A stretch of DNA of 64,000 nt. Source: an uncultured Verrucomicrobiae bacterium. GTDB taxonomy: Bacteria; Verrucomicrobiota; Verrucomicrobiia; Chthoniobacterales; UBA10450. Where the stretch lies: contig CAVSDR010000002.1 of assembly GCA_963726745.1 (NCBI GenBank), forward strand, positions 128,001 through 192,000, given 5' to 3'. The first letter of the stretch is position 1; every line of letters starts with the position of its first letter. Positions 21,618-33,401 of the stretch are shown piece by piece. Below the pieces are notes generated by a model. The model did not search any database. It was not told where the DNA came from and saw nothing but the letters and a program-made list of their open reading frames with translations. Made by a program: the position numbers and the translations under genes.

Positions 21618-22289
21618 ATGCCTGCCCCGCGTCTCATCGCCGCGCCGAAGATTCCACATCGCTCCGATGATGAATTGCTCGAGCGCGCGCTTTCGTTTCA
21701 CGCGGAAATGCAGCGCCGCCGCACGATCCGCGAATTCTCTCCACGGCCGGTTCCGCGCGCGTTGATCGAGCTTTGTCTGCGCACCGCCGGCACGGCGCCC
21801 AATGGCGCGAATCTGCAGCCGTGGCACTTCGTTGCGATCAGCCAGGCCGCGATCAAGCAGCGCATTCGCGTCGAGGCCGAGGAGGAGGAACGCGAATTCT
21901 ACCAGCACCGCGCGCCGGCCGCGTGGCTCGAGGCGCTGGCTCCCATTGGGACTGATTCGAACAAGCCCTTCCTCGAGATCGCGCCCTGGCTGATCGCGAT
22001 TTTCGCGCAGCCGTTTCGCCTGCTGCCCGATGGGACGAAGCTGAAGCACTACTACGCCACCGAGTCTGTCGGCATCGCCACCGGACTACTCGTTAGCGCG
22101 CTCCATCATTGCGGGCTCGCCGCGCTCACGCATACGCCCAGCCCGATGGCTTTCCTGAATAAAATTCTCGGCCGCCCGGCGCACGAAAAGCCATTCATCT
22201 TGCTGGTTGTGGGTCATCCGGCCGACGACGCCATGGTCCCGGACATCCAGCGCAAGCCGCTGGAAGAAATCAGCTCATTCGTAACGTAG
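21618..22289 (+). CDS. Nitroreductase family, iodotyrosine deiodinase-like
   Basis: [55 protein letters not shown]. Confidence 0.88.
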   Translation: MPAPRLIAAPKIPHRSDDELLERALSFHAEMQRRRTIREFSPRPVPRALIELCLRTAGTAPNGANLQPWHFVAISQAAIKQRIRVEAEEEEREFYQHRAPAAWLEALAPIGTDSNKPFLEIAPWLIAIFAQPFRLLPDGTKLKHYYATESVGIATGLLVSALHHCGLAALTHTPSPMAFLNKILGRPAHEKPFILLVVGHPADDAMVPDIQRKPLEEISSFVT

Positions 22290-23495
22290 CGCCTCGATCG
22301 GATCGAGCGCCGCCGCACGGCGTGCCGGGTAAAATCCGAAGAACACACCCACGGCCGCGCTGAAGAGAAACGAAACCACGATCGAGCTGACGGAGATCAA
22401 GGTTGGCCAATCGGCCACGCGCGAGAGAATCTGCGAGGTCCCGAGGCCGAGGAGGATGCCGATCACGCCGCCGATGGAGCTAAGCGCCACGGCCTCGATC
22501 AAAAATTGCATCAGGATATCGCGGCCATGCGCGCCCACCGCGAGCCGCACGCCGATCTCGCGCGTTCGCTCGGTGACGCTCACGAGCATGATGTTCATGA
22601 TCCCGATGCCGCCGACAATCAGCGAGACGCCCGCGATCGAGCCGAGGAGCAGCGTCATCACCCGCGAGGTCGCGGTCGCGGTCTCGGCGATTTCCTCCTG
22701 CGTGCGCACGGTGAAGTCGTCGTCTCTGCCTTCGCGAATGTTATGCCGCTGGCGCAGCAACCCGATGATCTGCTGCTGCGCCGGCGCGAGGTCGGGCGCG
22801 CTTGCGACCTGCACGTTGATGTTCCGCAAAGTCACGCCGCCGCCGAGCACGCGTTTCATCGCGCTGGTGTAAGGCATGATCACGATGTCGTCCTGGTCGG
22901 TGCCCTGCGGACTAAGGCCGCGCGGCGCGAGCACGCCGGTGATGACAAACGGCACATTCTTGATCCGCAGAATTTGGCCGACCACATCCTCGCTCCCGAA
23001 AATCTGGGTCGCGGTCGTGCGGCCGACCACCGCGACCTTGTTCGAGCTGCGCACATCTTGCTCGGTAAACTGCGCGCCCGCGATCAAGGGCCATTGCCGC
23101 AGTTGGAAATAGTCAGCCGATTCGCCGTAGATGCGGGTGAACCAATTCTGATTTCCGGCCGCGACCTGCGCGGTCGAGACGACTTCCTCGCTTACCAAAG
23201 TGACGCCTGGCACTTCGCGCCGGATCGCTTCCGCATCCTCGATCTTGAGCGTGCCGGCGCCGCCCCAGCCGGTGCGGATCCCGCTCGCGGTGGTGCTGCC
23301 GGAAAAGATCAGAATCACGTTCTCGCCCAGGCTCGCGATCTGCGCTTCCACCTGCGCCTTGGCGCCGTTGCCGATGCTGACCATGGCGATGACCGCGCCC
23401 ACGCCGATGATAATCCCGAGCGCGGTCAACCCGGAGCGCAGCTTGTTCCGGCGAAGGGCGCGCCCGGCGATCTTGAAGGTGGAGACGACGCGCAT
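22275..23495 (-). CDS. MacB-type ABC permease
   Basis: [43 protein letters not shown]. Confidence 0.95.
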   Translation of the reverse strand: MRVVSTFKIAGRALRRNKLRSGLTALGIIIGVGAVIAMVSIGNGAKAQVEAQIASLGENVILIFSGSTTASGIRTGWGGAGTLKIEDAEAIRREVPGVTLVSEEVVSTAQVAAGNQNWFTRIYGESADYFQLRQWPLIAGAQFTEQDVRSSNKVAVVGRTTATQIFGSEDVVGQILRIKNVPFVITGVLAPRGLSPQGTDQDDIVIMPYTSAMKRVLGGGVTLRNINVQVASAPDLAPAQQQIIGLLRQRHNIREGRDDDFTVRTQEEIAETATATSRVMTLLLGSIAGVSLIVGGIGIMNIMLVSVTERTREIGVRLAVGAHGRDILMQFLIEAVALSSIGGVIGILLGLGTSQILSRVADWPTLISVSSIVVSFLFSAAVGVFFGFYPARRAAALDPIEALRYE

Positions 23496-23501
23496 GATTC
23501 G

Positions 23502-24248
<747 letters not shown>

Positions 24249-24264
24249 GGCGACAAAGGGAAGG

Positions 24265-25494
24265 CTACGGCCGGCCGCGTCCGCCGCCGCCGCTGAAGGG
24301 ATTATTCGTGGGCGACCGCGGGGCCGCCGCGCCGGCCTGGATGCTCCCGGTGATCGCCGCGTCGCCTTCGCGCAAGCCTTCGAGGACTTCGGTCACGGCG
24401 CCATCGCTGATGCCGGTCTTGATTTGCACCGCCTTGGGCTCCGCGTCCGGGGACGGGAGGACGTAAACGGTGCGCTCCGGACGCCGTTCTTCGCCGCCGG
24501 GACCGCTGCGTCGCCCGCCGCGGCCGCCGCGGCCTGCGCCACCCGCCCCGCCGGCGGCTGGCGTGCTTGCGACCGTCTTGTCGACATTCGGCGGGCGGAA
24601 ACGGAGGGCCGCGTTGGAAACTTTGACGACATTTTCGCGCTGAGCCACGACGATGGAAACGTTCGCGGTCATGCCGGGCTTCAACTTCCCGTCGGGATTG
24701 CTGACGCTGATGACGGTGTCGTAGCTGACGACATTCTGGACGGTGATGGGCGCGTTCCGCACCTGCTTCACTTTTCCGTGGAAGGTCTGCGTGGGAAAGG
24801 CGTCGACCGTGAAGTCGACCGGCTGGTCGATCTCGACCGCGCCGATGTCGGCCTCGGCCACGTTGGCGTCGATCTGCATATTCGTGAGGTCGGCCGCGAC
24901 GGTGAAAATAACCGGCGCATTCAGGCTCGCGGCCACAGTCTGCCCGACGTCGACATTCCGGGAAATGACGATGCCATCGATCGGCGAGGCGATGGTGCAA
25001 TTATTCAAATCGACCTTCGCTTTCTGCAGCGCGCCTTCCTTGATTTTGACCGCGGCTTCCGCCTGGTGGAGCGAGGCCGTGGCCTGGTCGAGCTCGGACT
25101 GCGAGGAGTTTTGCTTGGCCACGAGCGACTGCGTGCGGCTGGCGTTGAGTCGCGCGAGCTCGAGCACGGCCTGGGAGTTGGCCAGGTCGCCTTCGGCTTG
25201 CGCGACGTTGGCCTGGTAGATCGAAGGATCGATCTGCGCGATCACTTCGCCCGCTTTCACGGGGGAATTAAAATCCGCGAAGAGCTTCTGGATTTGCCCG
25301 GAGATCTGGCTGCCTACTTGCACGTTGACCACCGGGTTCAATGTCCCCGTGGCCGTGACCGCCTGGGTGAGCGGGCCGCGCGTGACCGGCGCGGTCTGGT
25401 AGGAACTGCCGGCGCGGCCGCGTCCCTTCCAGCCGAAGTAAAGCGCGAGCGCGATCAGGGCGAAGGCGAGGAGGATGAGGACCGCGCGTTTCAA
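24265..25494 (-). CDS. MacA-type periplasmic adaptor
   Basis: ATGTL, VGSQISG, ISRNVDVGQTVAASL, VAEADIG, LKPGMTANV; probable TTG start before the TM anchor. Confidence 0.9.
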   Translation of the reverse strand: MKRAVLILLAFALIALALYFGWKGRGRAGSSYQTAPVTRGPLTQAVTATGTLNPVVNVQVGSQISGQIQKLFADFNSPVKAGEVIAQIDPSIYQANVAQAEGDLANSQAVLELARLNASRTQSLVAKQNSSQSELDQATASLHQAEAAVKIKEGALQKAKVDLNNCTIASPIDGIVISRNVDVGQTVAASLNAPVIFTVAADLTNMQIDANVAEADIGAVEIDQPVDFTVDAFPTQTFHGKVKQVRNAPITVQNVVSYDTVISVSNPDGKLKPGMTANVSIVVAQRENVVKVSNAALRFRPPNVDKTVASTPAAGGAGGAGRGGRGGRRSGPGGEERRPERTVYVLPSPDAEPKAVQIKTGISDGAVTEVLEGLREGDAAITGSIQAGAAAPRSPTNNPFSGGGGRGRP

Positions 25495-25825
25495 GAAAAG
25501 GACTGGGAGAAAATCATGCTGGTGTCCTGATACAACCACCGAATAGATACACAAGTTGCGCCCCGGACACGCCCAAGATGTCCCGCGGCGCGAATCTCCT
25601 TGGGGTATGAGGGAAATTTTTGTGAGCTTCGTTTCGCCGGTGGAGCTGTCGCTCCCGGGAAACGTCGTCACCGCCGGGCGCCGTTGATTCGTTAGGCGCC
25701 CCGCGTCGCAGCCTCCTACATTCGTCGTTCCGGGGTTTTTTTGGTTCGGGGGAATCCAAAAAGTTCTGGGCGGCGAATGTAGGTTGATGCTCGGACGTCC
25801 CGATGAGCCCGAGGAAGAGGTGCCC

Positions 25826-26491
25826 ATGCCTTCCTCGCCACAGGAGTTGAATCAACTCCTGCTTTTCGGTAGTCCCTCGACACGCCGCCGGTTTCTCAAA
25901 CAAATTGCCGGCACCGGCGCAGCCCTCGCCGTTGGCTCGCGGTTCTCCGCCCTGGCGCAAAATTCTCCCGCCGCGGTCGCCTCGCCCGCGGCGGCGAAGG
26001 CGGCAGCGGCGTCTCCGGCTGTTCCATTGAAGTTCCAGCTGAACGGCAAGGAGGTCGCGCTCGAAGTCGACCCGCGCACCACTTTGCTCGATCTCCTGCG
26101 CGAGAATCTCCAGCTCACCGGATCGAAGAAGGGCTGCGATCACGGACAATGCGGCGCCTGCACGGTGCTGGTGAATGGCCGGCGTGTGAATTCCTGCCTG
26201 AGCCTGGCATTAATGAATGACGGGCTCGAGGTCACCACGATCGAAGGCCTCGCGGAACCGGGCGGCCAACTGCACCCAATGCAGGCGGCCTTCATCGAGC
26301 ACGACGGTTTCCAATGCGGCTACTGCACCTCCGGGCAGATTTGTTCCGCGGTGGCTTGCGTCCAGGAAGGCCACACGCGGAGCGACGCGGAGATTCGTGA
26401 ATGGATGAGCGGCAATCTCTGCCGTTGCGGCGCCTATCCGAACATCGTCGATGCGATCAAGACCGCGCGGGCGAAAGGGGCGGGCGCGTGA
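25826..26491 (+). CDS. paoA: PaoA/YagT-like 2Fe-2S subunit with Tat signal
   Basis: TRRRFLK twin-arginine; [31 protein letters not shown]. Confidence 0.9.
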   Translation: MPSSPQELNQLLLFGSPSTRRRFLKQIAGTGAALAVGSRFSALAQNSPAAVASPAAAKAAAASPAVPLKFQLNGKEVALEVDPRTTLLDLLRENLQLTGSKKGCDHGQCGACTVLVNGRRVNSCLSLALMNDGLEVTTIEGLAEPGGQLHPMQAAFIEHDGFQCGYCTSGQICSAVACVQEGHTRSDAEIREWMSGNLCRCGAYPNIVDAIKTARAKGAGA

Positions 26492-27480
26492 CTCCCTTCA
26501 CCTACGCCCGGGCCACCGACGCAGCCAGCGCGATCAGCGGCGTGGCCGACAATGGGCAGGCTAAATTTCTCGGCGGCGGAACGAATTTAGTCGACCTGAT
26601 GAAGATGGGCGTGGAAACGCCGCGGCATCTCGTCGATCTCAATCGCCTGCCGCTCGCGCAAGTCGAGGAACTCCCGAATGGCGGCGGCGTGCGCCTGGGC
26701 GCGCTCGCGCGCAACTCCGATGTCGCCGAGCATCCGTTGATCACCGCGCGCTATCCCGTGCTGAGCCAGGCGCTGCTTTCCGGCGCCAGTCCGCAGCTGC
26801 GGAATCTCGCGACCACCGGCGGCAATCTCCTCCAGCGCACGCGCTGCTATTATTTCTACGACCCCGACTTTCCCTCATGCAATAAGCGGCAACCTGGCAG
26901 CGGCTGCGGCGCGCTCGGCGGATTCAATCGCATTCACGCGATCCTCGGCCAGAGCGAGCAATGCATCGCCACCAACCCGAGCGACCAAAACGTCGCGCTG
27001 GTCGCGCTCGAGGCGGTCGTGCGCGTGCAGGGCCCGCAGGGCGAGCGCACCATCCCGATCGCAGATTTCCATCGCCTGCCCGGAAGCACGCCGAACGTGG
27101 AGACAAATCTACGGCCGGACGAATTGATCATCGCAGTCGATCTTCCGGCGACGCCGTTCCTTGCGCGCTCGCATTATTTGAAAATGCGCGACCGCGCGAG
27201 TTACGCCTTTGCGCTCGTCAGTGTGGCTGCGGCCTTGGAAATGGAAGGCGACAAGATCAAAACTGCGCGCCTTGCCCTTGGCGGCGTGGCGCATAAACCC
27301 TGGCGCGCGAGCAAGGCGGAGCAGGCGCTCGTAGGCCAATCCGCGACCGAGAAGAATTTCCGCGCCGCGGCCGAGGTGGAATTGGCCGAAGCGAAGGCTT
27401 ACGAGCACAACAAATTTAAGATCGAGCTCGCGAAACGCTCGATCGTTCGGGCGCTGACCACGGTCGCGGGGATGTCCTGA
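26488..27480 (+). CDS. paoB: PaoB/YagS-like FAD subunit
   Basis: [45 protein letters not shown]. Confidence 0.92.
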   Translation: MTPFTYARATDAASAISGVADNGQAKFLGGGTNLVDLMKMGVETPRHLVDLNRLPLAQVEELPNGGGVRLGALARNSDVAEHPLITARYPVLSQALLSGASPQLRNLATTGGNLLQRTRCYYFYDPDFPSCNKRQPGSGCGALGGFNRIHAILGQSEQCIATNPSDQNVALVALEAVVRVQGPQGERTIPIADFHRLPGSTPNVETNLRPDELIIAVDLPATPFLARSHYLKMRDRASYAFALVSVAAALEMEGDKIKTARLALGGVAHKPWRASKAEQALVGQSATEKNFRAAAEVELAEAKAYEHNKFKIELAKRSIVRALTTVAGMS

Positions 27481-27482
27481 TT

Positions 27483-29738
27483 ATGGCGGAGCCAGGCAAA
27501 ATCATGGGCCCAGCGCGGAGTCGGGTCGACGGTCCGCTCAAAGTCACCGGCGGCGCGAAATATGCCGTGGAATTTGAGGTGCCGAATTGCGCCTTTGCCT
27601 GGCCGGTCGAGAGCACGATCTCGAAGGGTAAAATCCTCTCGATGGACACGGCCGCGGCGGAGGCTTCGCCCGGCGTTTTGAAAGTGCTGACTCCTTTCAA
27701 CGCACCGCAGCCAAAGGAAGCGAAGGCCAAGGAGGAACGCCAGTCCGGCTCCGGCATTCGCAACGAGGAGCGCAATCCGCTGAGCGACGACCAGGTTCAT
27801 TACGGCGGGCAATACATCGGCCTGGTGGTGGCGCAGACGATCGAGCAAGCGCGGCACGCGGCTGATTTAGTGAAGGTGAGCTACGCGCCCGAGACGCCAG
27901 TCTTGACCATGGAAGCCGCGCGCGACGAGGCGACCAAGCCGAAGAAGAACAACCAGGAAAAGGTCCAGGTGGACAAAGGCGACGCCGCCAAGGCGCTGGC
28001 TAATTCCGAGCTCGTGCGCGTGGAGCAGACCTACCTTACGCCGACTGAAACGCACAACCCGATCGAGACTTCAGGCACGATCGCAGTCTGGGAAAACGAC
28101 GACAAGCTGACCGTGTTTGACGCCACCCAATTCGTCAAAGGCGTGCAGAGTTTGCTCGCCCGGACCTATGGCTTGGAGACGGAAAACGTGCGCGTCATTT
28201 GCCCCTTCGTCGGCGGCGCCTTCGGCTGCAAAGGCGCGCTCTGGCCGCACGTGCTCCTCGCCGTCATGGCCGCGAAAGAAGCGCGCGTGCCGGTGAAGTT
28301 CCACCTGCCGCGGCGTTCGATGTTTACCAGCACCGGCCATCGCACGCCCACGCGGCAGACGATTGGCCTGGCCGCGACGCGCGACGGGAAGCTGCAGGGC
28401 ATGCGGCACGTGACCGAGACGCTGACTTCGCCCGTGGGCGAATACACCGAATCCTGCGGCACGCGCTCGACCGGCTCGCTCTACGACTGCGCGAACATTC
28501 GCATCGAGGAAGTTGTTTACCCGCTTAATGTCGCCACACCCACCTTCATGCGCGCGCCCGGCGAGTGCCCCGGCACTTACGCGCTCGAGTGTGCCCTGGA
28601 TGAATTAGCCGACGCGCTCAAGCTGGACCCGGTGCAGCTCCGCGTGATGAATTACGCGGCCAATCACCCCACAAAGGAAGGCAATCTTCCCTTCAGTGCG
28701 AAGCACCTGAAGGAATGCTACACCGTCGGCGCGGAGCGTTTCGGCTGGGCCAAGCGCAACGCCAAACCGGGCAGCATGCGCGATGGCGACCAACTCGTCG
28801 GCTGGGGCATGGCCACCGCAACCTATCCTGCGCACAAGCGCAACGCCGCGGCCAAGGTCATCCTGCGCGATGACGGCAGCTGCACGGTGCAATGCGCCAC
28901 GCACGATCTCGGCACCGGCGCTTACACCGCCTTCACGCAGCTTTCCTCCGAGTTCCTCGGGATTCCTTTCGAGAAAATTACCTTCGAGCTCGGGAAGTCC
29001 GACTTCCCTTACGGCCCGGTCGCCGGCGGGTCGAACTCCACCGCAACTGTCGGGACCGCGATCAGCGAAGTCGCCACGCTGCTGCATCAGGAGCTCGCGC
29101 GGCTCGCGGTCAAGAGCCCAAACTCGCCGCTCTTCAAGGCGGAGGCGGCGAACCTCTCTTTGGTCGCACCGGGGCGGCTCGGCTTGAAATCGGAGCCCGC
29201 GAAGTCGGACGCCTTTGCCGACATCGTCAAGCGCACCGGCAAGCCGACCGTAGTCGTCGAGACGCAGCTTAAGAAAGCGGACGACGCGAAGAAGGAGTTC
29301 GCCTTTCAATCTTTCGGCGCGCATTTTGTCGAGGTGAAGATCGATCCGCTGTTGCCGCGCGTGCAGGTCACCCGGGTGGTGAGCGTGATCGATTGCGGCC
29401 GCGTGGTCAGCGCGAAGACCGCGCGCAGCCAGATCATCGGCGGAGTGGTCATGGGCCTCGGCATGGCTTTGATGGAGGAGACTTCCTACGATCCGCACAC
29501 CGGCCTGCCGGTGACGCGCAACCTGGCCGACTACCACGTGCCGACCAACGCCGACGTTCCCGAGATCGACGTCCACTTCGTTGGCGCGCCCGACTTTGCT
29601 TTCAACCCCGCGGGTGCGCGGGGCATCGGCGAGATCGGTAATACCGGCATCGCTGCGGCGGTGGCAAACGCGGTCTACCACGCCACCGGCCAGCGCGTGC
29701 GCGATCTGCCGATCACGCCCGACAAGCTCCTGGTGTGA
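27483..29738 (+). CDS. paoC: PaoC/YagR-like molybdopterin-binding subunit
   Basis: KVTGGAKY, GGAFGCK, FMRAPGE, DLGTG, AGGS, GARGIGEIG, RDLPITPDKL. Confidence 0.92.
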   Translation: MAEPGKIMGPARSRVDGPLKVTGGAKYAVEFEVPNCAFAWPVESTISKGKILSMDTAAAEASPGVLKVLTPFNAPQPKEAKAKEERQSGSGIRNEERNPLSDDQVHYGGQYIGLVVAQTIEQARHAADLVKVSYAPETPVLTMEAARDEATKPKKNNQEKVQVDKGDAAKALANSELVRVEQTYLTPTETHNPIETSGTIAVWENDDKLTVFDATQFVKGVQSLLARTYGLETENVRVICPFVGGAFGCKGALWPHVLLAVMAAKEARVPVKFHLPRRSMFTSTGHRTPTRQTIGLAATRDGKLQGMRHVTETLTSPVGEYTESCGTRSTGSLYDCANIRIEEVVYPLNVATPTFMRAPGECPGTYALECALDELADALKLDPVQLRVMNYAANHPTKEGNLPFSAKHLKECYTVGAERFGWAKRNAKPGSMRDGDQLVGWGMATATYPAHKRNAAAKVILRDDGSCTVQCATHDLGTGAYTAFTQLSSEFLGIPFEKITFELGKSDFPYGPVAGGSNSTATVGTAISEVATLLHQELARLAVKSPNSPLFKAEAANLSLVAPGRLGLKSEPAKSDAFADIVKRTGKPTVVVETQLKKADDAKKEFAFQSFGAHFVEVKIDPLLPRVQVTRVVSVIDCGRVVSAKTARSQIIGGVVMGLGMALMEETSYDPHTGLPVTRNLADYHVPTNADVPEIDVHFVGAPDFAFNPAGARGIGEIGNTGIAAAVANAVYHATGQRVRDLPITPDKLLV

Positions 29739-30632
29739 AAGAGCTCGCGGAAATCCTGCGGCTCTCCCAGGAAAAGCGCGGCCAAAGTTTTGCGCTGGCC
29801 ACGCTCGTGCGGGCCACCGGCAGCAGTTATCGGCGGCCGGGGGCGCGCATGCTCATCGCCGGCGATGGGACTTTAGCCGGCTCGCTCAGCGCCGGATGCC
29901 TCGAGGAGGAAGTGGCGCTCGCAGCGCGTGAAGTCCTGCAGAGCGGTGCGGCGAAGTTGCTTTCGTTCGACACGCGGCGGCGATTTGGCTGTCACGGCAG
30001 CATCGAGATTTTCCTCGAATGCGTGGAGGAAGCCGCTGCTCGCGGGGGTCGCGGAACGAGTCGTTAGGCGGGAGCCGTTTCTCCTGGCGACGCGTTTTGC
30101 CGGTGCCGGCCCGCTCGGCACTTCGCTTCCGGAATTCGCGCCGGCGGACGCGGAAATCTTTAGCCAGCAAGTTGAGCCGGCCGTGCGCCTCCTGGTTTTC
30201 GGAAGCGGACCGGACAGCGCCGCGCTGCAGGCGCAGGCCACGCTGCTCGGCTGGGAAGCGGAGCAACACGAAAGCATCGCGGAATGGCCAGGCGGCGTGG
30301 ACGCCTGGACCGCGGCGGTCATCGCGACGCACAACTACGGGCGCGATGCTGCGGCCTTGCGCCATCTGCTTCCGCTCGGCTTGCGCTACCTTGGCGTCGT
30401 CGGCCCGCGGCGGCGGCGCGAGGAATTGCTCCTCGATGTGCTCGATAGCGGCGCGGCGCCCTGCTCGGATTTGTTCGCTCCGGCGGGATTGCATCTGGCC
30501 GCGGATTCTCCGGCGGAGATCGCGCTCTCGATTGTCGCGGAAATCCAGCGCGTCTTCGCCGCGGCTACGGGCGTTTCTCTGCGCGAACGGCGCGAGCCGA
30601 TTCACCAGCCACCCGGCGCCCTCGCGCTTTAG
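29735..30632 (+). CDS. XdhC/CoxI family Moco insertion chaperone (frameshift near 30040)
   Basis: GSSYRRPGARM, GSLSAGCLE, GCHG in the first frame; THN, YLGVVGPRRR, APAGL, PAEIALSI in the second. Confidence 0.85.
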
Positions 30633-30635
30633 CCG

Positions 30636-31199
30636 GTGGCGCACGCGGCCATCGTTCTCGCGGCTGGCGGCTCAACCCGCTTCGGTCGGCCAAAGCAACT
30701 CGCGGAACTCGCCGGTGTGTCGCTCTTGGAACGTGCGATTGCCTGCGCGCTCGCGGCCGGCGCCGAGCCGCTCGTGGTCCTCGGCGCGGAGGCGGACCGG
30801 CTTGCGCCCCTGGCCAAAAAGGCGGGCGCGAGAGCGGTGGTTAATTCGCTCTGGAGGCGCGGCCTCGGCACCTCCATTCGCGTGGGCGTGGAGCATTTAG
30901 ACAGCGAGATCACCCGCGTGCTCCTGATGGCTTGCGATCAGCCACTCGTTCCAGCGGCGCATCTGCGCGCTTTGCTGGCCTCGACGGCGCCCGTGGCTGC
31001 GAGCCGCTACGCTGGCACTCTGGGAATTCCCGCGGCTTTCGCGCGCGCGCGCTTCGGCGACTTGCTCTCGTTAGGCGACGAGGAGGGCGCGAAAGGCCTT
31101 CTAGCGGGTGCGGACGAGTTCCCCGCGCCCGCCGCCGCCGACGACATCGACACGCCTGCGCAGCTCGCGGAGATCGCTGGCAAAGTTGCGCGCGCATGA
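30636..31199 (+). CDS. MocA-like molybdenum cofactor cytidylyltransferase
   Basis: LAAGGSTRFGRPKQL, CDQP, GDEEGAK, DIDTP; Mo-enzyme context. Confidence 0.85.
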   Translation: MAHAAIVLAAGGSTRFGRPKQLAELAGVSLLERAIACALAAGAEPLVVLGAEADRLAPLAKKAGARAVVNSLWRRGLGTSIRVGVEHLDSEITRVLLMACDQPLVPAAHLRALLASTAPVAASRYAGTLGIPAAFARARFGDLLSLGDEEGAKGLLAGADEFPAPAAADDIDTPAQLAEIAGKVARA

Positions 31200-31249
31200 T
31201 TGTTCCCCTTACTTGAACGTTCCGGCGCGCGCCTGCGCCCACCACTCCT

Positions 31250-33397
31250 ATGAAGCACACTCCACTCCTCCTCGCCCTCTGCATGACCACGCTCTCGGCC
31301 ACCGCCGCGGACCAGAAAAAAGCCAATCCGCTCCTGACTCCGAGCAAGCTGCAATACGAGTATCCGCCGTTCGACCAGCTCACGAATGCCGACTTCCAGC
31401 CAGCGATCGAGCAGGGGATGGCGGAGCACCTGAAGGAAGTGGAAAAAATCGCCGGCCAGAAAGAGAAGGCCACCTTCGAGAACACGATCGTCGCCCTGGA
31501 AAAAAGCGGCCGCCTCCTGCAGCGCGCGAATCGCACTTTCTCAAACCTGAACGCCTGCAACACCAACCCGGAGATGCAGAAAATCGACAAGGAACTGGCG
31601 CCAAAACTCTCCGCCCACCAGGATGCCATCCGGCTGAACGGCGCGCTCTTTGCCCGCATCTCCAGCCTTTACGACGCGCGCGAGAAGCTCGGCCTGGATA
31701 AGGAATCAAACTTCCTGCTCGAGCGTTACTACAAGGATTTCGTGCGCGCCGGAGCCAAGCTCGCGGATGCGGACAAAACCAAGCTCAAGGCGATGAACTC
31801 CGAGCTGGCCACGCTGCAAACGAAGTTCGAGCAGAACGTCCTTCAGGAGAAGAACGCCTCCTCGATCGTGGTCGACTCGAAGGAGGAACTCGATGGCTTG
31901 AGCGACAACGCGATCGCCGCAGCGGCCAAGGCGGCGAAGGACGACGGGAAGGAAGGCAAGTTTGTCATCCGTTTGCAAAACACCACCAGCCAGCCGCCGC
32001 TGGATTCGCTGAAGAATCGGGCGCTCCGCGAGCGCATCATGCAGACCTCGCTCACGCGCAACAGCAAGGGCGGCGAGTGGGATAACCGCGAAGTCGTGAG
32101 CCGGATCGCCAAGCTGCGCGCAGAACGTGCGACGCTTTTAGGTTACCCGAATCACGCCGCTTACCAGCTCGAGGACCAGACCGCCGGAAGCGTGCCGACG
32201 GTGAACAAAATGCTGGCTGGGATCACGCCGCCAGCTGTGCGCAATGCGAAAAAGGAAATCGCCGACATGCAAAAAGTGATCGACGAGCAGGGGGGCGGCT
32301 TCCAGCTGCAGCCGTGGGATTGGGACTTTTATGCCGAGCAAGTGCGGCAGGCGCGCTACAAGTTCGACGAGGGCCAAATCCGCCCTTACCTCGAGTTGAA
32401 CCACGTCCTGATCGACGGCGTTTTCTTCGCCGCGACCAAGGAATACGGGATCACTTTCAAGGAACGCAAAGACCTCCCGGTTTACCTGCCAGACGTGCGC
32501 GTCTTCGAGGTCTTCAACGCCGACGGCTCGCCCCTGGCGATCTTCATCGCCGATTACTACGCGCGGCCATCGAAGCGCGGCGGCGCCTGGGCCACGGCTT
32601 ACGTGGGGCAGTCAAAACTGCTCGGGACGCGGCCGGTGATCGCGAACCACCTCAACATCCCGAAGCCGCCGGAGGGCCAGCCGACGCTCCTGACCTGGGA
32701 CGAAACCAAGACCGCTTTCCATGAATTTGGTCACGCGCTGCACGGGATGTTTTCAGATGTGAAATATCCGCGCTTCAGCGGCTCGAGCGTGCCGCGCGAC
32801 TTCGTCGAGTTCCCATCGCAAGTGAACGAGATGTGGCAGGCCTGGCCGGAAATCTTGAAGAACTACGCGAAACATTATCAGACCGGCGAGCCGATGCCGC
32901 AGGAGTTGCTGGATAAAGTTTTCGCGGCGGAAAAGTTCAATCAAGGGTTCAAGACCACGGAATATCTCGAAGCAACCTTGATCGACCAGGCCTGGCACCA
33001 GCTCGCCCCGGCCGATGTGCCTAACGACACCATGGCCTTTGAGGCGGAAGCCTTGAAGAAAGCCGGGATCGACCTCCCGGTGGTCCCGCCGCGTTATCGC
33101 AGCCCGTATTTCTCGCACAGTTTCGCGGGCGGTTATTCGGCCGGTTACTATAGCTACATCTGGAGCGAGGTGCTCGATGCCGACACCGTGAAGTGGTTCA
33201 AGGAAAACGGCGGCCTTACGCGCGAAAACGGCGACCGCTTTCGCAAGACGCTACTCTCGCAAGGCGGGAGCAAGGAAGCGATGGAGCTCTTCCGCGACAT
33301 GGTCGGGCACGATCCGCAGATCGAGCCGCTGCTGGCGCGCCGTGGCCTCGAAGCTGACCTCGTTCCGGAAGCGGCGCCGCCGCCAAACGCGAAATAG
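31250..33397 (+). CDS. dcp: M3 metallopeptidase, peptidyl-dipeptidase Dcp
   Basis: Signal peptide, NPLL, KRGGAW, FHEFGHALH, RDFVEFPSQ, GYSAGYYSY. Confidence 0.93.
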   Translation: MKHTPLLLALCMTTLSATAADQKKANPLLTPSKLQYEYPPFDQLTNADFQPAIEQGMAEHLKEVEKIAGQKEKATFENTIVALEKSGRLLQRANRTFSNLNACNTNPEMQKIDKELAPKLSAHQDAIRLNGALFARISSLYDAREKLGLDKESNFLLERYYKDFVRAGAKLADADKTKLKAMNSELATLQTKFEQNVLQEKNASSIVVDSKEELDGLSDNAIAAAAKAAKDDGKEGKFVIRLQNTTSQPPLDSLKNRALRERIMQTSLTRNSKGGEWDNREVVSRIAKLRAERATLLGYPNHAAYQLEDQTAGSVPTVNKMLAGITPPAVRNAKKEIADMQKVIDEQGGGFQLQPWDWDFYAEQVRQARYKFDEGQIRPYLELNHVLIDGVFFAATKEYGITFKERKDLPVYLPDVRVFEVFNADGSPLAIFIADYYARPSKRGGAWATAYVGQSKLLGTRPVIANHLNIPKPPEGQPTLLTWDETKTAFHEFGHALHGMFSDVKYPRFSGSSVPRDFVEFPSQVNEMWQAWPEILKNYAKHYQTGEPMPQELLDKVFAAEKFNQGFKTTEYLEATLIDQAWHQLAPADVPNDTMAFEAEALKKAGIDLPVVPPRYRSPYFSHSFAGGYSAGYYSYIWSEVLDADTVKWFKENGGLTRENGDRFRKTLLSQGGSKEAMELFRDMVGHDPQIEPLLARRGLEADLVPEAAPPPNAK

Positions 33398-33401
33398 CCG
33401 G

